A stretch of DNA of 64,000 bases from Negaprion brevirostris. Its lineage: Eukaryota. The notes beneath the pieces were generated by a model. It was given only the letters and a program-made list of their open reading frames with translations, ran no database searches and was not told where the DNA came from. Where the stretch lies: assembly GCA_030324005.1 (NCBI GenBank), contig JARDVH010000149.1, positions 7,186,361-7,250,360 on the forward strand, written 5' to 3'. This document shows, in pieces, positions 1 to 12,762 of the stretch (the stretch's first letter is position 1; each line of letters opens with the position of its first letter). The position numbers and the translations under genes are program-made.

Positions 1-2044
1 TAAATGCCACTTTCTTTTTGGAAGTCACAGTTAATACTCACCTATATGTCTATGCACATGTTGACTAATACTGCTGTTTTTATTGTGAGGAACCAACCAA
101 CACCAGCAGGAACTGTGTGTTTGTTGAGATTCATTGCAATAGAAATGATTCATGTTTTTGTAGATATGGTTGAAATAATCTGTACATTTAAATGCATGTA
201 TTTCAGCCATCAAGAGTTTTTGGAATGTATAAGTGGTAAGATGACTTTTCAAAGTGCCGCCTAGATGTATTATTCAGATTTTTATATTACATGACTTGGT
301 ATGACTGAAATATTTTCGGCCAGTTGCCATTTCATATTGCTACCCTAAAATGAAGCATGTGCAAACTTATCTTTTACCTTCTCCCAGTAGATTGCTGAGG
401 CTTTTAACTGTCGTTGTTATGTAGTTTGCATGGGACATAGCTCATCGGACATTTTCTCTCAGGCAGGTCTGTTCCATAACTTTAGAATTAATATATTGTG
501 TGAATTTGGCTGTAAATGTGTTCTTAAATATGTAACACAACTTAGTCTGAATTCTCCAAGTTATTCTGTAACATGGATGCGGTGTGGCATGGTGATTGGA
601 ATCTCCTTTATGTGGCTTCCCTTTTGAGGGAATCGGAGCATTGAGATGTTCGTGTCAGCAGTTTGAAATGTGAAAATGAATGGAGCTGACACTTAATCTT
701 TAGGTGTGACCTCCAAGGCTTCCATAATACCTTAAGTAGATGACAAAGAACAAAACTTGGATAGCCCTGCTGTGACATGGTGTCAAAGTTTGTTTGAGTC
801 ATGTTAGTTTCAATTTATCAATATTATCTCTGCAGTTTTGTGTGCAGTGTGGCTGTGGGCATAATGCCATAGTTTGGGTCCAATATTTCTAGTGGAAGTA
901 AAAAGTACAACTGGAGGTCACAACAGTGAATTTTCCTTGGCAGTGTTAACTGGGTTATCAATTTTGCATGTGTATAAAGCTGATAATTCTGCTGCAGAAA
1001 TACAATGGTGCAGTTCAGTTTTTGAGGATGATAGGGAAATTTTATTGACTAGATGGCCTGTAAAGGGTGAATGAATCAGTTATTTGTTTAAAAACAAATG
1101 CCTGTGTTAAAGTGGATGTACTGCCCAAAAAAAAATCTGATTTTTAATCCTATTAAAGTCAAAAATGAGGAAAGGCCCACTTGGCCCGTCAACCATTATT
1201 GTTCAAATGCTCTCAATCGTGCAGCCTTGAATCTGGCTGCATTTTGTATGATGCTAATAATGCTAGTTCTGTAAATGCGCACAAATTTTGTTTCAAGTTT
1301 TTAGTATCAGAAAATTTTGAAATCTTCAACATGTTGCTGGGACATTTTTCTATTGCAGTTTGGAATCCAGTTAAAGAAACAAGTCACTTAAACAACATTT
1401 GAAATAAACTTTTCTTTTAGTAACCATTAACAAAGAAGCTGGAGTCCCAAAAGCTGATCACAGGTGTTGTCTGACTAAGCAGTTGACAACATAAATATAT
1501 TTTTAATTTGAGTGTTTTTACTTTCCTGAAGTAATGGTTTGGAAATTTGTGCTCGGGAATCCAGTGGACTGAATAAATGCAAAAGCTTGGTCAGAATCAT
1601 TTGGAGGTTGTAAAAATAATCCAACTTAACGCCAAGGTTTTTGAAACAGAACACAGGGTAAATTAACTATTGTAAGGCACAATTTGTTGAAGTTTTAAAG
1701 TTGTCTTTGACATCTTATTTGGAAAAGGTGCAAAGGAAAACATTTCAAATGGAAATTTGACTTATTCAGTTAGTGTATAAACAAAGTGTGAGGCAATATG
1801 TTATTCTCTTATGAAATATTCACAATTTCCGATGTGATTTTCTTTTCCATTATATTGCTGACATGTTTCTGTGGGGTTTTTCCATTATAAGTATTTACAT
1901 AAAAATGCTGGCATGGAATCAGCCTTGTGGACTGGAAATGTGTGTATGTACACACTTCTAAAAAAAATTATGCAGTTATACTTTGCCCCTTCCCCAACTC
2001 TTCCCACTGCTTGATTGACATTGCATCCATTCTTTCATTCCACC

Positions 2045-2465
2045 ACTGGCACACTGTTGCAATGCATATTGTCCACAAGGTGTATTGCAGCAACGTGCCA
2101 AGGCTTCTTCAATAGCGTCTTCCAAACTTGCCCCTCGCCCAAAGTTAATTTGAATTAGTTTATTAAGCTGATACTAGAAAAGAAGTACCCCTTAGATGCA
2201 CGTGAGGGCAAAGAGTATATGAGAACACAAACCAGCAAGTACTCCTTCAAGTCTCTCACCATCCTGACTTGGAACTATTTGGCTGTTCTTTCACTGTTGC
2301 TGGGTCAAAGTTCTGGAAATCCCTCCCTTACAGCACTCTGGGTGTACCAACACTGCACAAACTGAGGTGTTCAAGGTGGCTCATCACTTTTTTGAAGGCA
2401 TTTAGAGATGAATAATAAACATTGACCTTGCCAAGGATGCCCACATCTTGAAATGGATTTTTAAA
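2045..2465 (+). mobile_element. 3' fragment of a CR1-like LINE (family with the ...aaggcagctcaccacc...gcccacatcc tail)
   Basis: Homologous to 9929-10270 (accatcctgacttggaacta, ttcactgttgctgggtc, ggttcaag, cccacatc). Confidence 0.65.
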
Positions 2466-3714
2466 AATCAGCTCTTTTTCAAATATATTCTGTTTATCCA
2501 CCAGGGATCGTTCTTGTTGTGATTCTACCCAGGTGCATACATGACCTTTGCTGGAAGCCATAGTAACTAAAATAACATCACTCCTGAGTGTACTTGTACT
2601 GCACTGTTCCAATTGTGTATCAAACATACATTTTGCCTTTTTAATTATGTCCATACTTTAGTTTCTCCTTTGAAAGTGCTGTTTCCTGTTACTTGCAAGA
2701 TCCTTTCTGAGCCTCCCAATGCTAAATCAATTCCTTCATTATATACTTTGTCTTGTTATTTGTCTGCTCACCAGATATGAATGTTTCTTCAAATAGTTAT
2801 GAATGTGCTTTGTCCTGTCAGGGTGAACTGGATAGACCATGGCCTTTATTTTATTACCAATTCCTGTGCTTAGTTACCTTAAATTCTGATTAATGTGCAC
2901 TTTCGTGAATTTTCTTTATCCTGTAGAACTCAATTATGCACATATTTTGAAAGGCATTTGATTTGAGATGACTTAGTCTCTGGCGCTAAGCATTTTTGCC
3001 TTATGGTTCCCATCTTGTTTCAGCTATGATGCCTTTATAGCTCAACATTGTAAAAATGTCATTATTCACACAATCAATTCAATACAGTTTACATACATTA
3101 TCTAAAACTAGGGAGGCATATAGGAAAGAAATATGATTGCAAAACAACTAAAAAAGAAGTCCCGAGGTTCAAGCTACTCAACTAACAAACTCAAGGGTAT
3201 AAATCTGAATGCCTGTACTCCCTTGTTGGTTCTTAAGCCTCAATTTTTTTTATGCTTAAGCTTCTCTTTTCCACTGCTGTGCAGGACTCCCCCATCATTG
3301 AGGATGGGGATATTTGTGGAACCAAAATCTCCAGTTAGTTGTTTAATTGTCCAAAAATAGAAATTTGATTGTGNNNNNNNNNNACTTCTTGTGGACTAGA
3401 ATGTGACATAACTCCTTCCATAAGTGTATATTTTCATCACTAGAGTTTGAAGAGCTTTCTTAGCTCATTGTTCAGCATAAGCATTTCAGGGCTCTGTTAC
3501 TTGTGCTTCCCAAATAATTTCATCTTTGCCTGTTTTTTAAAACTAGAAGGCAGCAGTAGTGAAGTATGGATATATATCTTGTATTAGAACCATGCTCTTG
3601 TATAGTCTCAGCATAAGTTGATGGTACTAATTGTATAGTCTTTCCGAATCTGTAATTGTAAAACAGTTCAGTGAGATGGACTCAATGAGCCGTGGAAGTG
3701 AAACATGTATCATG

Positions 3715-4006
3715 CAATAGTGGCACAGTGGTTAGCATTGTTGCTTCACAGCGGCAGGGTCCCAGGTTCAATTCCAGCTTCAGGTCACTGTCTGTATAGA
3801 GTTTGCACATTCTCCCTATGTCTGTGTGGGTTTTCTCCAGGTGCTTCAGTTTCCTCCCACTGTCCAAAAGATGTGCGGGTTAGGTTGATTGACCCTAACG
3901 TCAGGAGATCAGCAGGGTTGCTGGAATAAGGCCTGGGTGGGATTGTGGTCATTTCAGACTCAATGGGCCAAATGGGCTTCTTTTGTACTGTAGAGATTCC
4001 ATGATT
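3715..4006 (+). mobile_element. tRNA-derived V-SINE (HE1-like), tail A (CR1-type)
   Basis: A box tggcacagtgg; B box ggttcaattcc; V-domain gagtttgcacattctcc..tgggttttctcc..gtgcttcagtttcctccca; tail gggccaaatgg..gtactgtagagattccatga. Confidence 0.9.
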
Positions 4007-4934
4007 TCAATATTCCAGTGTCTGTGTTCCACTGCTAGTTCTGCTGCTTGGTCTCCAAGTAACTGTTGAAATTTTTAAATCCTGTGAGACACCTTTTCAC
4101 ACTTTATGGTAGATGAATCTTGCTCAACTTCAAAAGACTTGGTTGTAAAAGATAAAGTGGTTTCCTTTGAGATGAGAATGCTGCTTATGTTCCCCATCAT
4201 GCAGCTCTCTGGCAAAGGCCAGGTTTGGCATCGTCCACATAACAGATTTGCAGATAACTAGCAAGCATTGGTTCCCTTGCCTACTGTTTGTTACCCAGGG
4301 CAATTACTTAGCATGGAATCTTCACTCCAGGAAAATGTGGCTTTGTGTCTTTGACAGAAGAACGAAATAGAGATGTCTTGTGATGTATTTTAAGTTGGCG
4401 TCTGAGAGCCTTTGCAAAGAGTTGGTGATAGATTCATGAAGTCTTAAATTACTGTTCAATAGGAGCATGCAGCGCTGATTGTGGGTTTCTAAGAAGTACA
4501 ATCTTCACTGGCCCTGAAGTGTGAGAATGTTATGCAGTATTGATCTAATCTGTGTATTTTTAGCAGAGCACGATCTAATGTTCTTGCGTGTGATTTGAGC
4601 CTGATGGGTTGGCAATTTCAATTTCCTTATAGCAGATGAGTCCTTGTGAATAGTATTAACTGAGATTATCTGTGTCGGGCATTATTCTGGCTTTTTGCTT
4701 ATAATGTCTGTCATTTGCAAAGTTTAACTTTGTCATCTTCTGGCTGTCAGTGCAGTCTTTTTCACTATACTCCCCCCAGCACTACCTCAACTATTTGGCC
4801 ATCTTCAGGTGTAAGCTACTTTGCTGTAGTGACCATCATAGCAAGTCCAAATCACTCATTGGATACTTTCTCTACAGGTGTCACTCTGTGGTGGTCACTG
4901 ACTTATTTCAATTCCAACCCCCACTCCCCATGTA

Positions 4935-5090
4935 TAGGAGGTGCTGTTTTTCGGATGAGCTATTAAAACAAGGCCCTGTTTGTGTTCTTCAGTGAATGGG
5001 AAAAAAATTCCATGGCTTTAGTTTGAAGAAGAATAAAGGTGTACTAATTGGCTTCCAGGCCAAAAATTATCCATCGGCCAGCATTACTTA
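4935..5090 (+). mobile_element. Deu-domain SINE fragment (SacSINE1/AmnSINE1-like)
   Basis: ggaggtgctgtttttcggatgag..taaaacaaggccctg..ccatggc..tttgaagaaga; homologous to 10752-11070. Confidence 0.65.
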
Positions 5091-5865
5091 ATTTAAATTT
5101 GATGGCTCCTTTTTCTTTACATGAATCGGATCTAATCAGAATTGTGAATGTTGTGAAATAGTCTGCACTTTAACATAAATGTGGGCATCAGAGGAAAACA
5201 GATTGTGATTTAAAAGACCAATAGCATGGTATTGTCTAGTTCAGTACAGATAAAGATATTGCAAATATCAAAACTACATATTTAAGAAAGCTGACAACAT
5301 ATTTACTTTGATATTATCGACTCTAGACAGAAGTGAAATTCCAACATATACTCAAAGTATGGAGACTCTGAGACACTTGTGCAACTCAGAATCCTTTTGT
5401 TACTGATGAACTGTTGTAAACAGAACACGAGTGTCACCTATCCACATACTTGTCATCTTGGGCCATAGTACCACTGAAACCATTATCCTTTTCATTAAAG
5501 GAATCAAAAGGGCAATTTGAATTGAATGGCATGCTTAATTAAAGGCTACCTTGGCTGCCTCAAAAGCCCTCAATATGTGAAAGCCTACAACACCGTGTGA
5601 TGAAATTACCCACTACCCTTTTTCTTGGAAGAAGGACTTGGAACTCGTAATCAGTCACATGACTTAAGGCAGTTATATTTATCTGTTCTTTTTAAAATTA
5701 ACAGTGGAATCTGTTTGGATCTGAAAGAACATCTGAAAATCTGTTGAATTAGCTGCAAGATAATGCAGCTAAGGTAGACCATAAGGTGTAGGAGAAGAAA
5801 CGGGACATTCGACCCATCGAGTCTGCTCTGCCAATCAATAGGTTATTGCCAATCTGATATGAGGA

Positions 5866-6781
5866 TGCAGAGGGGTTAGCATTGCTGCATCACAGGGACC
5901 TGAGTTCAGTTCCAACCTCGGGTGGCTACCTGTGTGGAGTTTGCACATTCTCTCCCTGTCTGCGTGGGTTTCCTACAGGTACTCCAGTTTCCTCCTACAG
6001 TCCAAAGATATGTAACTTAGGTTGATTGGCCATGCTAAATTGTCTCTTAGCGTCAGGGGGATTAGCAATTTAAATATTTGATTTATTATTGTCACGTATT
6101 GGTATACAGTGAAAAGTATTGTTTCTTGTGCGCAGTACAGACAAAGCGTTCTGTATATAGAGAAGGAAACAGGAGAGTGCAGAACGTAATGTTACAGTCA
6201 AAGTTAGGGTGTAGAGAAAGATCAACTTAATGCAATATAAGTCCATTGAAAAGTTTGGCAGCAGGGAAGAAGCTGCACTTGAGTTGATTGGTATGGGCCC
6301 TCAGATTTTTGTATCTTTTTCTGACAGAAGCAGGTGGAAGAGGGAATGTCTCAGGTGCGTGGGGCCCTTGATTATGCTGGTCGCTTTGCCGAAGCAGCAG
6401 GAAGCGTAGACAGTGGATAGGAGGCTGGTTTGCGTGATGGATTGGCCTACGTTCATGACCTTCTGTGGTTTTTTGCAGTCTTGGGCAGAGCAGGAGCCAT
6501 ATACCAAGCTGTGATACAACCAGAAAGAATGCTTTCTATGGTGCATCTGTAAAGGTTGATGAGAGTTGTAGCTGACATGCCAAATTTTTTTAGTCTTCTG
6601 AGAAAGTAGGTGGGCTTTCTTAACTATAGTGTTGGCATGAGGGGACCAGGACAGGTTGCTGGTGATCTGGACACCTAAGAACTTGAAGGGGTTATGAGGA
6701 TAGGGCCTGAGTGGGACTGTTTGGTGCAGGTGCATTAGACTAAATGGCCACCTCCTGCACTGTAGGAATTCTAGTCTATGA
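5866..6781 (+). mobile_element. V-SINE, tail A (5866-6076 and 6688-6781), interrupted by a Rex1-like LINE
   Basis: Head and V-domain up to attagc..taaata; resumes at gggttatgaggatagggcctg..cctcctgcactgtaggaattct. Confidence 0.85.
6077..6687 (-). mobile_element. Rex1/Babar-type LINE 3' fragment (DUF1891-like region)
   Basis: Frameshifted translation FKFLGVQITSNLSWSPHANTIVKKAH...YGSCSAQDCKKPQKVMNVGQSITQTSL; tail gtgacaataataaatcaaa. Confidence 0.8.
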
Positions 6782-8689
6782 TCATCGACTCCACTTTCCC
6801 ACCTTATTCCTACAACCTTTGATTCCCTTACTAATTAAAAATCTATCTCGGCCTAGAATGTACTTAAGAACACAGCTTCTACAACACTGCGATAAAGAAT
6901 TCCACAGATTCACTGCCCTCTGCAAGAAGAAATTCCTTCTCATCTCTATCTTAAATGGGTGACCCCTTACTCTGAAATTATGCTGTCCGACCCTGGACTC
7001 TCCCACAAGGGGAAACAACCTCTCAGCATAGGTATGACATCTATCCCTTGAAAGAGAGAGAAGGGATCGCCCCTAACCTGTTCTGACTTCAAAGCTTACC
7101 TGAAAAACAGTCCCTTGGAAATTCAACTGCAATAAGTATTATAGTTTATTGAGATTCCTCTGCTTTTCGAGGCTGACAATCTAATGAAAGTATTAATTCA
7201 ACTGAGAAACTACAGGCTTACTGTGAGATAGACTAAAATCATTATACCTTATTGGTTTCTTGAACTGTATCTCAGCTTTGCATGTGGTAGTGAGAGAGGT
7301 ATTGTGTTATAACCTTGGGTAAGCGTGTGACAAAAAATAATCTTTTAAAAACTCACAATAGCTTGCTGCTGGAAATTTTTAAAGATTGGGACAAGCACTC
7401 TGGGAAAGGAACTGTAGACTAACCTCGCACAAACGTTTTGTGCAATTTATTGCACAATGATCATTCTGTTTGTTATAGTATTTTAAAATTTTAGCTAACC
7501 TTCTGGACCCTACTTTATCTGATTTGAATCTGTTGATACAACATTGCAGCAGAATCCAGCTACCAGCACTAAGAATCTTTAGGGGTTTTATGTAGAAATT
7601 AAAGTGGATAAATTCCACTATTAATAAAAAAATCTACAACTTTTGCAAAGTAAACATAGCTTTAATTATAGAACTAGCTTTGAGTTCAAATCTAGTATAC
7701 TGTACTGGTGTATTATTTGTTGGGTTACTTTACAATGAGAGCCTGATGGATTGATAGGAAGCTACATTGCTGCAGTTTTAAATGGCCTTGCCCCTTTAAT
7801 TCACCCCATGCTCCAAGCATTAGGGACTCTTCTAAGTTTGTTTACATTAAAGTGAGAGTTTATGTGATAGCAGTTTCACCGCTGATTAAGCTAACAGCTC
7901 ACAGTATCTTTTATTTACACGACCCGGAATAGAACGTTAAGTAAAACGTGCAGGTCTAGGCAATAGCTATGATAACATGTAAAGAGCACAACGTGTGCCT
8001 TCCTGAGTCATTTCACAACTTCCCAAATCGATGCGAAGTCACAGCATGGTTTCAGTCTGTGGGCTGAAAATACCATTTGCTGTTGGTGCTGTTAATTAAT
8101 GTTTTTAACGCACAGCGTGATCCATCCTAGTCTTAACTACTGTAAGCAGTTTAACTATCAGCATGTTGCATCATGGACTGAAGATTCTTAATCGGCCATT
8201 GGTTAACTAGGAAATGCATTTAAGATTTAGCATTTAATCTTCCTCCTTTCTCTATAAAATATGTTCCTTTTTAAGTTCCAGATGTTTCATTTTTTTATCT
8301 AGTTTTAATCTATTTGGACAATATCTGTGCCTCTTAAGCAATTGAATCTATTAGAGGGGAGATGGCAAGGCTGGCAGGGAGGATGCAGAGCAAGTTTGAC
8401 TGAGTGGTCTGGAAGTGTGATTTTAATCTTCGTTTTAAAATGAGGTGCTGAATGTTGGGAGCATTCCTGGCAAAGCTTATGCATTGTCAATGGCATAAGA
8501 ATATGTAAGTAGGGAAGGTAAATAATGCAAGTATTTCACCAAGTCAGCAAAATGGCTCAAAACAAAGGTTTTGGTTACAGAATGCTGTTTCCAGAAAATT
8601 AATTTCACAATGTAAAACAGGCAATCAGCAAAGGAATAGAAGGTGTTGTTGACCATGCTATCAAGTTGCACATATAATGCGGTAATCTA

Positions 8690-10270
8690 CTCGCTCACGC
8701 TCAGTTTGGATTTTCTAGGGCAGCTTGATTCCTGACCTCATTATAGCTTTAGCCCAAACATGGTCAACAGCTGAACTCAGGTGAAATGACAGTGACTGCC
8801 TTGACGTCAAGGCAGCATTTGACTGAGCATGACATCACTGAGCCCTGGCAAAATTGGGAATTGAGAGCAGAGGGGGCAATTCTCCACTGGTTGAAGTCCT
8901 ATCTGGCCAAAAGGAAGATGGTTGTGTTGCTGGAGGTCAATCATCTCAGTCCTTGGGTATTACTGCAAGTGTTTCTCGGTGTTCTAGGTCGAACCATCTT
9001 CAATGCTTCATCAATGACCTTCCCTCCATCATAAGCTCAGAAGTGGGGATGTTTACAGTACCATTCATGATTCCTAAGGCACTAGCGCAGAGAGTGTCCA
9101 TATGCGGCAAGGTCAGAGCAACCTTTGCACATGGGCTCATAAGTGGCAATTAACATTTGTGCTTGGCACTTGTGCAGCAATGACCATATCCAATAAGAGA
9201 AAATCTTATTATCTCTTCTGGCATTAATGCCAAAACCCCAACCAACCACATTTCTATGTGATACCATTGACCAGAAACTGAACTGGACCAACCATATAAA
9301 TAATGTGTCTACAAGAGCAAGTATTATGTAGCGAGTGACTCACCACCTGACTCCCCAGAGCCTATGCACCTTTTACAAGGCTCAAGTCAGGAGTGTGACG
9401 GAATACTCTTCACTTGCCTGAATGAGTGCAGCTCCGACAATACTCAAGAAGCTTAACACCATCCCTGCAGTGTTTGATTGGAACCCCATCTGGTACCTAA
9501 ANNNNNNNNNNNNNNNNNNNNNNNNNNNNNNNNNNNNNNNNNNNNNNNNNNNNNNNNNNNNNNNNNNNNNNNNNNNNNNNNNNNNNNNNNNNNNNNNNNN
9601 NNNNNNNNNNNNNNNNNNNNNNNNNNNNNNNNNNNNNNNNNNNNNNNNNNNNNNNNNNNNNNNNNNNNNNNNNNNNNNNNNNNNNNNNNNNNNNNNNNNN
9701 NNNNNNNNNNNNNNNNNNNNNNNNNNNNNNNNNNNNNNNNNNNNNNNNNNNNNNNNNNNNNNNNNNNNNNNNNNNNNNNNNNNNNNNNNNNNNNNNNNNN
9801 NNNNNNNNNNNNNNNNNNNNNNNNNNNNNNNNNNNNNNNNNNNNNNNNNNNNNNNNNNNNNNNNNNNNNNNNNNNNNNNNNNNNNNNNNNNNNNNNNNNN
9901 NNNNNNNNNNNNNNNNNNNNNNNNNNNNTCCACCACTGATGCATCTACAAGATGTACTACAGTAAGCTACTGAGGCTCCTTCGACAACACCTTCCAATTC
10001 CAGATCTCTTAACACTTTGAAGGACAAAGGCAGCAGATCATGGCAACATGACCACCTCCAAGCCCTCACCATCCACTCTTGGAATTATATCAGCGATCCT
10101 TCACTGTTGCTGGGTCGAAATCCTGGAACACACACCCACAGTGTTGTGAGGAAGTATCTGCTCTGCACGCACTGCAGTGGTTCAAGAAGACCGAACATCA
10201 CCACCTCAAGGGCAATTATTGGTGTGCAATCAATGCCGACCTGGTCACTGATTCTCATACCCTGGGGGGA
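8690..10270 (+). mobile_element. Degenerate CR1-like LINE, RT region and 3' tail (gap 9502-9928)
   Basis: RT motifs in broken frames (ALDVKAAFD-like, CFINDLPSII, YKAQVRSV.EYSSLAWMSAAPT.LKKL); tail shared with 2045-2465. Confidence 0.8.
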
Positions 10271-10439
10271 GAAGAATGACCTAACTGCACTGTGCTGACA
10301 ATATACTGTACACGACCCCTTCTCCACTCTATTTAACTCTATCACCTTATCTTTTCCTTTTTCTCTCCCGTACATATTTATTTTCTCTATAACAGCATCT
10401 CTGTTTCACTTCAGCTATCCCTTGTGGTCTGAATTGTGC

Positions 10440-10645
10440 AGGATTGCCTCCACTGCCCTCTGAAACCTCTCCATCCCTCAATCTCATCTTGTTCCTTTAA
10501 GATTCTTCTTAAAATATATTTCTTTAACAAAGATTTTAACTATCTGATCTAATACCTCCCTGTGTCTCAGTGCCATACTTTGCTTTATAATGTTCCTGTG
10601 AAATACTTTGGGACATTTTGTTACCTTATAAGTACTATACAAATC
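10440..10645 (+). mobile_element. L2-type LINE 3' end
   Basis: cctttaagattcttcttaaaa..ctttaacaaag..cctgtgaaatactttgggacattttg; reverse-homologous to 53040-53200. Confidence 0.6.
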
Positions 10646-10751
10646 ATTTTACAGCCAGAAGAGAGTTGACAAAATCTGCATATTGATTATGAAAATAAAT
10701 CACAACTCTGCCTACACAAGTTTAAAGCACCATTGGCACTCTATGGTTTGA

Positions 10752-11070
10752 CAGCCACAGCTCAGTTGGCAGCACACACTCTCTAAATTAGAAGGTTGTC
10801 AGTTTAAGACCCAATCCAGATTTGAGTGCAAAATTCAAGGCTGGCACTCTGGTACAGTATTGAGTGCTGCACCAATCAGAGGTGCCATCTTTTGATAAAA
10901 TGTAAAAGATCCCATGATATGAGCAACAAAGTTATTCCTTGTGTTCTTGGCTAATATTCCACTCTCAAGAAAAGTATCAAACTAATCTGGGTTTTTTTCC
11001 ATGACATTTTTGGGACGTTGTGGTGTGCAAATTGGTTGCCACACTTCCTGTATCACAACAGTGACTACGC
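10752..11070 (+). mobile_element. Deu-domain SINE (SacSINE1-like), near full length
   Basis: tRNA-like head agctcagttggcagcac; gaggtgccatcttt; gtaaaagatcccatg; gtgcaaattggttgcc..acaacagtgactac. Confidence 0.75.
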
Positions 11071-11134
11071 TATAGTGTTTCATGTAGTTCTGAAAATTGC
11101 TATCTAAGTTAGTTTCTTTTTCCATCCAAGACTG

Positions 11135-11895
11135 CATGATTGGACTATTATTAAACGGTAAAAAATTGCAGCATGCTGCTGTGCAGAGGGACCTGGATGT
11201 CCTTGGTCAAGAATCTCAAGGAGTTGGTTTGCAGGTGCAGCAGATAATTAGAAGGCAAATGGAATTTTGTCCTTCATTGCTGGAGGGATGGAGTTTAAAA
11301 ACCGCGAGGTTATGTTGCAGCTGTATAAGGTGCTAGTGAGGCCACACTTGCAGTGTGTATACAGTTTTGGTCTCCTTGAGAAAGGATATACTGGCACTGG
11401 AGGGGATGCAGAGGAGATTCATTGGGTTGATTCCAGAGTTGAGAGGAGTGGTTTATGAGGAGAGACTGAGTAGACTGGGGTTATATTCATTGAAATTCAG
11501 AAGAATGAGAAGAGATCTTACAGAAATATAAGATTATGAAGGGAACAGATAGAAGTAAGGAAGTTGTTTCCACTGGCAGGTAAAACTAGAACTAGGGGGC
11601 ATGGTCTCAAAATAAGGGGGAGCAATTTAGGACTGAGTTGAGGAGGAACTTCTTCACACAAAGGGTTGTGAATCTGTGAAATTCCCTGCCAGTGAAGCGG
11701 TTGAGGCTACCTCATTGAATGTTTTTTAAGGCAAGGATAGATAAATTTTTGAACAGTAAAAGAATTAAGGGTTATGGTGAGCGGCTGGGTAAATGGAGCT
11801 GAGTCCATGAAAAGATCAGCCATGATCTTATTGAATGGCAGAGCAGGCTCGAGGGGCCTGATGGCCTACTCCTGCTCCTAGTTCTTATGTTCTTA
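11135..11895 (+). mobile_element. CR1 (HER1-like) LINE 3' fragment
   Basis: QRDLDVL, SFIAGGMEFKNREVMLQLYKVLVRPHL, FFTQRVVNL; tail gcaggctcgagggg..atggcctactcctgctcctagttcttatgttctta. Confidence 0.9.
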
Positions 11896-12024
11896 AAACC
11901 AAAGGAGATCTCACATGATTGATCGGTGCTCACTGAACAGTCTCCTGCACAATTTGTTCTTTCCTAAGACCTGACAACTGAATACCTTCTCTTCATTAAT
12001 CAACCTTTTTCTTCGGTTAATTTA

Positions 12025-12335
12025 ATTTTTTTCATTCATGGGATGTGGGCATCTCTGGCATTTGCCTGTCCCTGAGGACAGTTGAGCGTCAACCCCATTA
12101 CTATGGTCCTGGAGTCACATGTAGGTCAGACCAGGTAAGGACATTAGTGAACCAGATGGATTTNNNNNNNNNNNNNNNNNNNNNNNNNNNNNNNNNNNNN
12201 NNNNNNNNNNNNNNNNNNNNNNNNNNNNNNNNNNNNNNNNNTTTCCATGGTGAAATTTGAACTCTGTCTCCAGAACATTATTCTGGGTATCTGGATTACC
12301 TGTCCAGTGATAAAACCCTATGCCACTACCACCCC
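12025..12335 (-). mobile_element. tRNA-headed SINE (family 4) sharing its tail with the CR1-like family at 2045/9929
   Basis: ttcattcatgggatgtgggcat..ctggagtcacatgtaggtcagaccaggtaagg..ggattacctgtccagtga..atgccactacc; homologous to 35205-35568 and 50725-51003. Confidence 0.7.
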
Positions 12336-12569
12336 TTACATGTTGTCACTTTGTGATACGTCTTCTGTTCTCTCATCAGCCTTGGTATTGTCCTTTGCAA
12401 TGGACAATGATTCTTTTGTTTCTAGATTCAAATTTTTTTCCCATTAAATCCATTGTGCACTTGGGTTAGTTTAAGATGACCTTGCATGAAGAGCTTGCAG
12501 TATTTCCTCATTGACCCATTTACTTTTTGCAATTCGCTTGCAATTAAAAACATTATAAACTTGGTTTAA

Positions 12570-12762
12570 AAGTAAAACACTGTTGATACTGGAAATCAGA
12601 AATAAAAATAGAAAATGTTGCGTAAACTCAATAGGTCTGGCAGCATCTGTGGAGAGAGAAACAGTTAACGTTTCGAGTCAAGAATGACTCTGTCCACCTG
12701 TAAAAATGTTTCTGTCTCCACAGATGCTGCCCAACTGGCTGAAATCCAGCATTTTCTGTTAT
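12570..12762. mobile_element. Palindromic short element, probably a Penelope-like terminal repeat derivative
   Basis: Inverted arms gaaaatgttg..ggcagcatctgtggagagagaaac / gtttctgtctccacagatgctgcc..cagcattttct. Confidence 0.7.

Larger units (their letters stand above)
5778..7030 (-). mobile_element. CR1 LINE 3' end (5778-5862 and 6781-7030), split by a nested SINE and LINE
   Basis: Minus-strand ORF 6782-7018 MFPLVGESR..RGHPFKIEMRRNFFLQRAVNLWNSL is a typical CR1 ORF2 C-terminus; the 3'UTR continues at 5778-5862. Confidence 0.85.

Noticed and set aside
3715-3790. tRNA genes suggested by A/B boxes here and in other SINE heads
   Set aside because: Each continues into SINE body and tail; no complete cloverleaf
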